IMG/VR virus record: IMGVR_UViG_3300025684_000011
Direction: 5' to 3' (one strand)
Length of the DNA stretch: 64,000 bases
DNA from: a virus
This document shows positions 20,821 to 29,592 of the stretch, piece after piece. The position numbers and the translations under genes are program-made. Numbering within the stretch: the stretch's first letter is position 1; every line of letters begins with the position of its first letter. The notes below the pieces were generated by a model. That model was not told where the DNA came from, did no database searches, and was given only the letters and a program-made list of their open reading frames with translations.

Positions 20821-21318
20821 ATGAGTTTAACTGACTTTATCGACAGCAGTATAAGTCGATTCGCAAAATATTATTCTTGGTTTGCATTACTAATGGTATT
20901 GTTCGTTGTGATCAATGTCTTGGGAAGATATTTCTTTGACATTCGTAATGATTATGCAGTTGATTCAACATGGCAATTATACGGTATGCTTATTATGTTT
21001 GGTTGCAGTTATTCATTAGGAAAAGAAGCACATATTAGAACAGATCTGTTCTGGAACAATTATAAAGATCGTACAAAAGCAATTATTGACTTTGTAAGTT
21101 ATCTCTTACTATTCTTTCCTTCATTTGCACTTATCACATACATCAGTTTCAATGATACATCAGCCGCTATTGAGATGAACGAACGTAGTTCTGAAACAAT
21201 GGCTCAGCTTGTCATCTGGCCTATGAAGATTGGTATTACACTTGGCTTGGTACTTTTGATGGTACAAGCATTGAGTCAAATGATTAAATGTTATAGAAGG
21301 ATTTTTATCAATGAGTAA
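20821..21318 (+). CDS. dctQ: TRAP transporter small permease
   Basis: 4 TM helices, VLGRYFF, HIRTD motif. Confidence 0.88.
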   Translation: MSLTDFIDSSISRFAKYYSWFALLMVLFVVINVLGRYFFDIRNDYAVDSTWQLYGMLIMFGCSYSLGKEAHIRTDLFWNNYKDRTKAIIDFVSYLLLFFPSFALITYISFNDTSAAIEMNERSSETMAQLVIWPMKIGITLGLVLLMVQALSQMIKCYRRIFINE

Positions 21319-22705
21319 TGAATGGCTAGCAATGACAATGTTATTTACAATGATTGCCGGCATATTTGTTGGAGTTCCAGTTAGTTTTACACTAACATTC
21401 TTAGCATTAATTTTTGGATTAATTGGATTAGGACTAAGTGTTTTTGATCTTACATATCTTAACCTATTAGGAGGTCTTTCAGACGAAGTACTAATGAGTA
21501 TTCCTATGTTTATTCTGATGGGTTACATTGCTGAACGAGCTGGATTGGTAGAAAATTTATTTGAAAGTTTAAAAAAGGTATTTTCAGGCGTTCCTGGTAA
21601 CCTATACATTGTTGTTATCTGTATTGCAGTATTAATTAGTTTAGCAACAGGAGTAGTTGGAGCGTCAGTAACATTACTAGGCATTATGGCCGCTCCAAGC
21701 ATGATTAAACAAGGATATGATGCTAAACTATCAGCAGGAGTAATAGCAGGAGGCGGGTCTCTTATTATGATTCCTCCATCTATTCCCCTTATTGTAATGG
21801 CGCCTACTATGAATCTTAATATCATTGACGTATATGCGGCCGCAATGGGACCAGGACTAGCGATTGCATTTATGTATCTAGTATACGTTATATACCTTAT
21901 AAAAACAAAGCCAGAGGTAGCACCTATGATGCCTGTGGAAGAAAGAGTAGAAATAGATTACAAGTTAATTCTGTTAACATTATGGCATATTGTGCCATTA
22001 GCGTCATTAATTCTTATTACACTAGGATCAATGTTATTTGGACTAGCAACTAGTACAGAAGCTGGTGCATTTGGTGCATTTGGTGCTTTATGTTTAGCCG
22101 CTATTAACAGAAAATTAACTTTAACAAATATTCAAGAAGCATTACTAAAAACTACTAACACGTCAGCAGTAGTAATGTTATTAGCAATTACGTCAACTAT
22201 ATTTGGTGCCGTATTTGCTTCCTTGGGTGGTGACAAAGTCATTGTATCGGTACTAACTTCGATGCCTATACCCGGATGGGCAATAGTTGGAGCGATATTA
22301 GTGTTATGTCATATTTTAGGCTGGCCCTTTGAGTGGCCAGTGGTAGTGCTAGTGTTCTTACCAATTTTCTTACCAGTATTAATTGATACTGGTGTTGACT
22401 TAATTTGGTTTGCGGCCGCTTTGGGTGTTATTTTACAAACAGCATATTTAACACCTCCTGTAGCCTTAACCGGATACTACCTAAAACAGGTGGTGCCTTC
22501 GTGGGATCTTAAATTAATATTCAAAGCAATGATGCCCTTTATGTATATTCAGGTTATTTGTGTTGTAATATTGTTTATTACACCTGGCCTTGCAACATGG
22601 TTACCTAATTACCTAGCAGAGCAAAGAAAAAATATAGTACAAGAAGTACTAGATGATGATGTCAAAGGACAGGAAGTCGACTTCCTAGGTGTCCTTGGAC
22701 AATAA
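21311..22705 (+). CDS. dctM: TRAP transporter large permease
   Basis: GVPVSF, SIPMFILMG, IPPSIPLI, TSTEAGA, TPPV. Confidence 0.93.
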   Translation: MSNEWLAMTMLFTMIAGIFVGVPVSFTLTFLALIFGLIGLGLSVFDLTYLNLLGGLSDEVLMSIPMFILMGYIAERAGLVENLFESLKKVFSGVPGNLYIVVICIAVLISLATGVVGASVTLLGIMAAPSMIKQGYDAKLSAGVIAGGGSLIMIPPSIPLIVMAPTMNLNIIDVYAAAMGPGLAIAFMYLVYVIYLIKTKPEVAPMMPVEERVEIDYKLILLTLWHIVPLASLILITLGSMLFGLATSTEAGAFGAFGALCLAAINRKLTLTNIQEALLKTTNTSAVVMLLAITSTIFGAVFASLGGDKVIVSVLTSMPIPGWAIVGAILVLCHILGWPFEWPVVVLVFLPIFLPVLIDTGVDLIWFAAALGVILQTAYLTPPVALTGYYLKQVVPSWDLKLIFKAMMPFMYIQVICVVILFITPGLATWLPNYLAEQRKNIVQEVLDDDVKGQEVDFLGVLGQ

Positions 22706-22724
22706 TATTTTGGAGAATAAAAAT

Positions 22725-23819
22725 ATGAAACGTTTCATCGGAGCGGTATTAGCTACCGCAATGTCATTTGGCGTAGTGGCTTCAGTAGCAACTGCAAATG
22801 CCAAAGAACTACAGATTGCATCTAGTTTTGGAGCAATCTCAACTTTTAACGAGCAAGCAAACTTTCTTGCCGAAAGAGTTAAAGTATTAACTGACGGAAA
22901 AATTGATATGAAAATCAGACCTTCCGGCGCATTAGTTCCTTCTTTTAAGGTTCTAGATGCTACGGCGTCAGGTGCAGTAGATGGTGCATGGACTCAGTCT
23001 TATTACTGGGTAGGAAAGTCAAAGACTCTTGCATTGTTTAATAGTCCGTTAGGAGGACCTTACGGTATGGACGGGATTGATTTCCTAGGTTGGATGTTCC
23101 ACGGTGGTGGACTTGAATTGTATAACGATTTTTATCAGAATGAGTTAAAAATGGATGTACAGGCACTTCCAGCAATGCCTACTCAGAATCAGCCATTGGG
23201 TTGGTTCCATCGCCCAATTAAAGATCTAGCAGATCTCAAAAACTTTAAATGTCGTCAAACTGGCGCCAACGTAGAACTTTATGCTCGTATGGGTATGCAG
23301 ACTATTGGTATGCCAGGTGGTGAGATTATGGCCGCGGCCCAAAAGGGTGTTATTAATTGTGCTGAATTCGTTGGTGGTTTAGAAGACGAACGTCTTGGAT
23401 TTCCTACAGTATGGAAATACTACTACTTGAATTCATTGCATGAGCATTCAAATACTGGTGATCTATTGATTAACGGTAAAGTGTGGCGTTCAATGACTAA
23501 GCAACAGCAGACCGCTGTTCGTTCTGCCGCTTATGAGTCATATCTATGGTGGTTAACTGATATTCAAGCAAAGAATGGTGAGGCACTTGCTAGAATGATC
23601 AAAGAGCATGGCGTTAGAGTTATGAAGACTCCAGCAGATATTTTGGTTGCTGAGTTAGAAACTATTGACGAAATGTTAGCAGAAAATGCCGCAAAGGATC
23701 CTTATTTTGCAAAAGTACTTGCTTCTCAGAAAGCATGGGCAAAGAAAGTAGTTCCATTTAAGAACGTAGCATTTACGCCTTATAACTATGCCGCAGATTA
23801 CTACTGGAAGAAAAAGTAG
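22725..23819 (+). CDS. dctP: TRAP substrate-binding protein (TakP-like)
   Basis: Signal peptide, GALVP, DGAWTQSYYWVGK, GGEI, AEFVG; SD GGAGA before ATG 22725. Confidence 0.9.
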   Translation: MKRFIGAVLATAMSFGVVASVATANAKELQIASSFGAISTFNEQANFLAERVKVLTDGKIDMKIRPSGALVPSFKVLDATASGAVDGAWTQSYYWVGKSKTLALFNSPLGGPYGMDGIDFLGWMFHGGGLELYNDFYQNELKMDVQALPAMPTQNQPLGWFHRPIKDLADLKNFKCRQTGANVELYARMGMQTIGMPGGEIMAAAQKGVINCAEFVGGLEDERLGFPTVWKYYYLNSLHEHSNTGDLLINGKVWRSMTKQQQTAVRSAAYESYLWWLTDIQAKNGEALARMIKEHGVRVMKTPADILVAELETIDEMLAENAAKDPYFAKVLASQKAWAKKVVPFKNVAFTPYNYAADYYWKKK

Positions 23820-23839
23820 TTTTAAAAGCATATAACGTT

Positions 23840-23871
23840 AAAAATAGGGTGCTTATGCATCCTATTTTTTT
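23840..23871. terminator. intrinsic (bidirectional) terminator
   Basis: AAAAATAGGGTGC-TTAT-GCATCCTATTTTTTT. Confidence 0.8.
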
Positions 23872-24010
23872 GGCTATAACTTCTATATTTGTTATAAATG
23901 TATAAATACACTTGGATAGATACGGTTTAATACCTTATCGGAAAAAGCCAGTTTTCTATCTCAATGTTACTTGAAGTAATATTGTTTTCTTAAGAAAAAA
24001 GGAGTCAATT

Positions 24011-24949
24011 ATGACACAGAAAATTAGATGGGTTCTAGCACATGAGCCAATTGAATTATTTCTAAGAGCGGCAAAAGTTTTCGCATCAGAAGTTAATGCA
24101 AAAGCAGAAGGCGCACTAGATATTGAAGTTATGACAATGAGTGAGTATTCTGCAAAGTATAATAACGGTGTTGTTGTTACTAAGCACGAACTTGTTGATA
24201 TGATTAACAGAGGCGACATTGAAATGTCCCAAACATACACAGTAGACATTGGCGAATATGATCACGAATTCCGTGCATTAGATATGCCATTCCTATTTGA
24301 GTCACACGACCACGCAACTAAGGTGTTCGAAGGCCCAATCGGTCAGTCACTACTAGACGGATTAACAGAATCAGCTGGTGTTAAAGGTTTAGCCTTTACA
24401 TACTCCGGTGGATATAGAATTATTCCTGGACAAGAAGGAATTGATACTATTGAAGATATTAGAGGTCTAAAACTTCGTACTTCATTCTCACCTGTTGCTA
24501 TTGAGACTTTCAAAGCAGTTGGTGCAGACGTAGTTCCTATGGAACTTGAAGAAATGACAGACGCAATCCAAGACAAAGATATTCAAGTAGGTGAGTCTAC
24601 TTACCCACGTATCTATGCATTAGGACAAGACAGAGTTTCTAAGGTTATTAACCACACAGAACACTCATTGTTCTTAACAAGCATCCTAATCAACCAAGAC
24701 TTCTTTGCAACTCTTGGTGAAGAACTACAAGGTATTGTTGTAGACGCCGCTAAAACAGCCGCTAATTACGAACGTGTAATCAGCATTGAAGACGTTGCAC
24801 TTACACAAGCTAAAGCTGAAAGCGATGGCATTGAAGTTCGTAGAATGTCAACAGAAGAAAAAGCTCGTTTCAAAGCCGCTACTGCTCATGTTTATGACAT
24901 GTTCCCAGAGTTAGCTGGAACAGTTAAGAAGATCCAAGATACAAAATAA
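24011..24949 (+). CDS. dctP: orphan TRAP DctP-type binding protein lacking signal peptide
   Basis: DMPFLF, GYRII, GLKLRT, GADVVPM, HTEH; N-terminus MTQKIRWVLAHEP has no signal sequence. Confidence 0.85.
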   Translation: MTQKIRWVLAHEPIELFLRAAKVFASEVNAKAEGALDIEVMTMSEYSAKYNNGVVVTKHELVDMINRGDIEMSQTYTVDIGEYDHEFRALDMPFLFESHDHATKVFEGPIGQSLLDGLTESAGVKGLAFTYSGGYRIIPGQEGIDTIEDIRGLKLRTSFSPVAIETFKAVGADVVPMELEEMTDAIQDKDIQVGESTYPRIYALGQDRVSKVINHTEHSLFLTSILINQDFFATLGEELQGIVVDAAKTAANYERVISIEDVALTQAKAESDGIEVRRMSTEEKARFKAATAHVYDMFPELAGTVKKIQDTK

Positions 24950-24969
24950 AATATCTTAGAACTACTATG

Positions 24970-24999
24970 GAAAAGGCGCTATTTGGCGCCTTTTCTTTT
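24970..24999. terminator. intrinsic terminator
   Basis: GAAAAGGCGC-TATTTG-GCGCCTTTTC-TTTT. Confidence 0.8.
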
Positions 25000-25096
25000 G
25001 ACTAAATTTTACTAGCCCTTTTTTTATGAATAAGCAACTAATGGTATAAACTCTTTAACACGTTAACTAAATATTAGTAATGGATAGGAGAACATT

Positions 25097-26182
25097 ATGC
25101 CGGCAAGAAATCATAGAAATTGGTTAAAGAAACCATTAGTAGAATATGTTAGTAGCGAAATATATTCAAGTCAAGAAATATTTGAAGAAGAAATCGAAAG
25201 TATTTTCTCAAAGGTGTGGGTACCAGTATGTCACATCAGTGAAATGTATAATAAATTAGATTATCGAACATCTCAGATAGCAGGCATTAATATTTTAGTT
25301 TACAATACCGGAGATGGCGTTAAAGCATATCGTAATTATGGCAGTTGGGCACCTACTGGAACATTGCAAGCACCTATTGTAACAGTTGAACCACAACTAC
25401 ACAGCGAAGTAAAGCACGGAGGTATGGTATGGGTAACACTTGATCCTAATCCTACACAGAGTGTTGAAGAGTGGACAGCAGGTGCATTTGATTGCATTGC
25501 TGATGCTATTGACACAGAAGAACTAGAAATTTTTCATTATCATAAAGCAATTATTCCTACCAACTACAAACTATGGCATGATACTAACAGTGAATTCTAT
25601 CATGACTTCATGCATTACTTTAATCGTGTAACTGGTTTCAACGATGAGTATTTTGCTAGAAAGAATATTCCCTTTGATAACGGGCATGTGAACGTTAGTA
25701 GTTTTACTGTAAATTATACAGAGTTTGATAAAGAAGGCGATAGAGGTGAACTAAGTTTTCCTAACTTACCTCCAAACCAATGGTATATGGTAGACTTGTT
25801 TCCTGGCTTTAACTTTAATTTACGTGGTAGTGCATATCGTTCAGATAGTGTTACGCCACTTGGACCAAATAGTGTACTAATAGAGTTTAGAGGATACGGT
25901 TTAAAGAAAGATACTCCAGAAGAAAGACAAACTCGTATTAAACATCATAATACTATCTGGGGACCGTTTGGCAGAAACTTACATGAAGATCTTTTAGGTG
26001 TAACCGGGCAAGGAGCATCAATGTCTCCAGGCACAGAGAAAAGAAATATTTTACATGGAAGACATGAAAATAGTACTATACATGATGAAGTTGGTATGCG
26101 TCACTACTATGCAGAATGGGGAAAATATATGGAGTTAGATCCTAGTAATCCAATAAAAGAGGTTGACAAAAAGGCCGCATAG
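25097..26182 (+). CDS. ring-hydroxylating oxygenase alpha-like protein lacking Rieske ligands
   Basis: IYSS..IFEEE...IF..VW, NYKL, EFYH...H, LFP, ED catalytic-domain motifs; no CxH...CxxH. Confidence 0.8.
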   Translation: MPARNHRNWLKKPLVEYVSSEIYSSQEIFEEEIESIFSKVWVPVCHISEMYNKLDYRTSQIAGINILVYNTGDGVKAYRNYGSWAPTGTLQAPIVTVEPQLHSEVKHGGMVWVTLDPNPTQSVEEWTAGAFDCIADAIDTEELEIFHYHKAIIPTNYKLWHDTNSEFYHDFMHYFNRVTGFNDEYFARKNIPFDNGHVNVSSFTVNYTEFDKEGDRGELSFPNLPPNQWYMVDLFPGFNFNLRGSAYRSDSVTPLGPNSVLIEFRGYGLKKDTPEERQTRIKHHNTIWGPFGRNLHEDLLGVTGQGASMSPGTEKRNILHGRHENSTIHDEVGMRHYYAEWGKYMELDPSNPIKEVDKKAA

Positions 26183-26193
26183 TGTTATAAATA
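26163..26193 (+). promoter_or_regulatory. tmRNA promoter (sigma70 plus overlapping TATAAATA)
   Basis: TTGACA-17-TATAAA; the -10 is also a perfect T4-type TATAAATA. Confidence 0.75.
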
Positions 26194-26197
26194 TAAT

Positions 26198-26630
26198 ACA
26201 ATGGTGAAGCATAACAAACGTTGTACAGGACTCGGGGGCAGTACCCGACGCCTCCACCATAAACACACGAACGAGGAATGGAACTATAAACAGTTTTAAA
26301 GATAAGTGTAGAATATTTTATATCGTTAAAGGTCATCTTAACGTATCTACACAAACAATAGAAGATTGTTACGATTATTATTTTAGAAGAATGTGGAATA
26401 ATAACGAGTGTTACATATACGAAGAAGGTTTTGAAGAATCGTATCGTGTTTTTATGATGGGGGCGAAATAGGATCGACTGGCAAGTAGTAGGAATGTGGA
26501 GTTGTCCGGATGTAAGCTCGGTTAACGCGAACAAAACGATAATTGCAAACGATAATTTTGCATCTGAGGATTTTGCCCTAGCGGCTTAGTTACTCTGGGC
26601 GGGTACTGCCTGGAAACAGAAGTGCCACTT
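26198..26630 (+). ncRNA. ssrA: circularly permuted two-piece tmRNA, alphaproteobacterial type
   Basis: T-arm with GGCAGTA loop and CGCCTCC-ACCA (26249-26259) lies upstream of the 5' acceptor strand GGGGGCGAAATAGGATCGAC (26459); G3:U pair; tag ANDNFASEDFALAA* at 26545-26589; outer ends approximate. Confidence 0.92.
26286..26471 (+). CDS. putative 61 aa protein in the tmRNA intervening segment (ATA start or degenerate)
   Basis: Stop-free frame (I/M)NSFKDKCRIFYIVKGHLN...YFRRMWNNNECYIYEEGFEESY...K*; GAGGA 8 nt upstream of ATA; no ATG at that position. Confidence 0.45.
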   Translation: MNSFKDKCRIFYIVKGHLNVSTQTIEDCYDYYFRRMWNNNECYIYEEGFEESYRVFMMGAK

Positions 26631-26643
26631 AAAGTGAATAACA

Positions 26644-27369
26644 ATGATTGAAAATTTCCATACAAGTGACTTTTTAAGGATTCGGTATATGTCTTCTCCG
26701 CAAGAACGATCCTCAAATAGAGTACTAATATGGTTTTCTGGAATAGCTGGAGCACTTGGCTCAAAAGCAAGACCAAGTGGATTTTTTGAAAGTTTAAACA
26801 TTGATTCAATTATTTGGGTAGATGAGAAAGCACCTTTCTCTTGGGGCAATAGTATAGATATTGAAGAACTTTGTAAAACACTTCTGCCTCTAACAAAAAA
26901 TAAAGAATTACTATTTTTTGGAAATTCAATGGGAGGTTTTCTAGCAATATTACTTTCTAAGTATCTTAAACCTATAAAGGTTATTACAATGAATCCTCAA
27001 TATAGTGTTCATCCTGATATAATATTAGAAAAGAGATGGCGTGATTTTATCAATGTAATTACACAGTTTAAACACAAAGATCTGACTAACAGTTTTATTC
27101 CTGATACTGATTATGCAATAATGTTTGGCGTTGATGATCAGGACGAAATGCATTTTAAGTTATTCAATACCCACCGTAATCTTCCAAATGTACAGATTAT
27201 TAAATTTTTAGATTACAAAACTAACTTAGATAATGCCGCACATCAGGCAGGGGTATATCTTAATAGACTTGGCATCTTCCGTGATGTTATTGCAAACTTT
27301 TATAATAGTAAATCACTGAAAGAAATTTTTATAAAAAACTCCGTTAGATATACAGGGCTGAAACATTAA
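26644..27369 (+). CDS. alpha/beta-hydrolase-fold protein
   Basis: GNSMGG nucleophile elbow, NPQYS. Confidence 0.7.
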   Translation: MIENFHTSDFLRIRYMSSPQERSSNRVLIWFSGIAGALGSKARPSGFFESLNIDSIIWVDEKAPFSWGNSIDIEELCKTLLPLTKNKELLFFGNSMGGFLAILLSKYLKPIKVITMNPQYSVHPDIILEKRWRDFINVITQFKHKDLTNSFIPDTDYAIMFGVDDQDEMHFKLFNTHRNLPNVQIIKFLDYKTNLDNAAHQAGVYLNRLGIFRDVIANFYNSKSLKEIFIKNSVRYTGLKH

Positions 27370-27479
27370 TACTAAAGGAATGCCTGTTAGGGTGGCATTT
27401 AGGGTAAACTTGAATGATGATAATGAATAATTAGAAAGTAACATTAGTTACATACACACACAGAAAAGGAGACATAACA

Positions 27480-27761
27480 ATGTCTGATACAATCAAAAAC
27501 TATAATGATGCTATGAGTGCATCATTCCCTAAGGTAACATTCAATAAGAATGGATACGAAATCCGCACACAAGTTCTTGAAATGGCAAAAGAACAAGAAT
27601 GGAATGACTTTCATGCTAAACTTCAAGCATGGGAGCAAACAGTGGTGCGTGATCCAGACACATCAGAGGTAATATCAACAACTTTATTACCTTCGGTTCC
27701 AGGCGTATCCGCAATTCTTGAGACCGCCGAAGAGTTTTATAACTTTATTAATAAGAAATAA
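27480..27761 (+). CDS. hypothetical phage protein
   Basis: SD AAGGAG; KNGYEIRTQVLEMAK...AEEFYNFI. Confidence 0.75.
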   Translation: MSDTIKNYNDAMSASFPKVTFNKNGYEIRTQVLEMAKEQEWNDFHAKLQAWEQTVVRDPDTSEVISTTLLPSVPGVSAILETAEEFYNFINKK

Positions 27762-27877
27762 AACTTTTAAAACAACTCTGCCATCTTTAGTAGATTAGCA
27801 GTAGAAACTGACGGTAGCTAGAAATCCGATTACAAAAAAAGTAGCACTATAAAAGGGGTGGTTACCAAATAAACCCG

Positions 27878-27907
27878 AGGAGCCCAACGGTTAGGCTCCA
27901 CTTTTCT
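27878..27907 (+). terminator. probable terminator hairpin
   Basis: GGAGCC...GGCTCC followed by ACTTTTCTT. Confidence 0.5.
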
Positions 27908-27925
27908 TAACAGCTATATATTAAC

Positions 27926-28564
27926 ATGCTATCAACATATGCAAATAAACAAAATACTCATCTTGTAATAGATACAACAACTAATGGAATATTAATTGCA
28001 GTACATAGCAACGTTGTTGCGAATGCAATATGTTTTAAAATATTGAATACAGAATCAATGTCTATTAGGCTAGTAGATTTCAATGAGCAAATAAATTCAT
28101 TGCTTAACCCACAGTTTAATGAGTCTAGTAATTTTATATTAACTAAAGTTGGACATAACTTAACACCTCAATCAACAGCAAATGTTGGACAACTTGTAAA
28201 AAGTACAGATGGCCATGGTCGTTTTGGTGTAGCTAAAATGTCTGAAGTAACAGATGAGTGGATAGCATTAAGAAAGAAAGCACATAATATCAAAGAAGTT
28301 ATAGCAAGTAGCGATCTTCGAGTTCTTAGATCAGCAACACCGAGCAAACAGTTCTTTGGAGACACTATTACCTTTCCTTTTATTAAAAAAGAACTTGATA
28401 AATGTAATCCACAGGAAGATCAATACACAGATGCTATTCGAGAATGGGCAAGTATAGTAAATGTTCCTGTAAAAAAAGGATTTGAAATGCTATCAGCAGA
28501 AAGCAATAATATTACTCATTTGGTTAATAATTCAAGAATATTTTGGAGTAAAAAATGTCTTTAA
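27926..28564 (+). CDS. PP-loop partner protein, family A
   Basis: Shares KC.P..D.Y...I.EWA motif with 29585 and 37420 ORFs. Confidence 0.7.
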   Translation: MLSTYANKQNTHLVIDTTTNGILIAVHSNVVANAICFKILNTESMSIRLVDFNEQINSLLNPQFNESSNFILTKVGHNLTPQSTANVGQLVKSTDGHGRFGVAKMSEVTDEWIALRKKAHNIKEVIASSDLRVLRSATPSKQFFGDTITFPFIKKELDKCNPQEDQYTDAIREWASIVNVPVKKGFEMLSAESNNITHLVNNSRIFWSKKCL

Positions 28565-29592
28565 ATTATGCTTTTAGTACTAAATTAAAACATGGCAGTG
28601 AATATGCTAAGAAAGACATTGCTGTTTTTCGTTCTCTCTATCGTATTGATCCAGATCCATTTTTAGTTGATAGAACTGGCTCTGTAGTCTTTCCTTTCTC
28701 AGAAAACAATTATTTTCCAATGATACAACCGTTATCTAATGTTATGAGTTGGGAAGAATGTACAAAAGAGAGAGTTGAAGAACTAATATCCTTTGACAAA
28801 GAACTTTATGTTATGTGGAGCGGAGGAATAGATAGTACATTAATGCTTTTATCTTTTATGAAATATAGTAATATGAATAATGTTACAATAGTTTTAAACA
28901 TGGACTCAATTAAAGAATATCCTTATTTTTATAAAAGGTTTATAGCTCAATGTAATTATAAATTACTGTCAACTGAACAATTAATGAATAATGCATTGCT
29001 AAATGACATCAATGGATTAATAGTATCAGCCGAACATGCTGATCAGTTAGTTGGATCTCCTTTGGCTCAGTTACTTGCAACAACATCAGGTAGAACAATG
29101 CTTGGTCTTCCATTTGATGAAGACAATTTCAGCAAATTTTTAACAAACTTAAATGTTCCAGTACATCATATTGATACAATAATGGAACTCTATAACATTA
29201 GTATTAAAAACAGTCCTCGTCCAATTAAGAATATGTGGGATCTCTGTTGGTGGCATGGATTTAACTTTAAATGGCAAACCATCTACATGAAACTGGCTAT
29301 TAGAATAAAAAATCCTTTGAATCTTTTAACTTTCTACTCTTCGGTAAACTTTCAAAATACCAGTATACACCAAGAAGGTAATACACTTGATCTAAAGAAA
29401 GTTTTTAAAGATATAATCGTTAATTATACCGAAGATACTGAATACCTAAGAAAAGAAAAATTTGCATCTTCAACATTATATTATGGACTAACCTCTTCGA
29501 CAGGATTAGACAAAAATTGGAATAAAATTAATGTTGATATGATTGAATACTATAATAAAGATAACACTATAAAGGAAATAATGAATGCTTGA
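28555..29592 (+). CDS. PP-loop ATP pyrophosphatase, asparagine-synthetase C-domain-like (subtype A)
   Basis: VDRTG, WSGGIDST, SAEHADQLVG (cf. AsnB SGEGADELFG), WWHGFNFKWQ. Confidence 0.8.
   Translation: MSLNYAFSTKLKHGSEYAKKDIAVFRSLYRIDPDPFLVDRTGSVVFPFSENNYFPMIQPLSNVMSWEECTKERVEELISFDKELYVMWSGGIDSTLMLLSFMKYSNMNNVTIVLNMDSIKEYPYFYKRFIAQCNYKLLSTEQLMNNALLNDINGLIVSAEHADQLVGSPLAQLLATTSGRTMLGLPFDEDNFSKFLTNLNVPVHHIDTIMELYNISIKNSPRPIKNMWDLCWWHGFNFKWQTIYMKLAIRIKNPLNLLTFYSSVNFQNTSIHQEGNTLDLKKVFKDIIVNYTEDTEYLRKEKFASSTLYYGLTSSTGLDKNWNKINVDMIEYYNKDNTIKEIMNA

Noticed and set aside
20821-26630. Bacterial chromosome or chimeric host fragment
   Set aside because: The same TAAATA/GGTTGAC promoter grammar and base composition as flanking phage genes apply, and there are no housekeeping operons. 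A read-level check is still advisable.
26142-26849. Minus-strand ORFs 26142-26534, 26522-26809, 26586-26849
   Set aside because: They are antisense shadows of the tmRNA and the hydrolase gene.
27840-27860. SAM-V/SAM-II riboswitch (AGCACTATAAAAGGGG resembles the 3' end)
   Set aside because: The 5' half of the consensus is not recognisable and no start codon follows.
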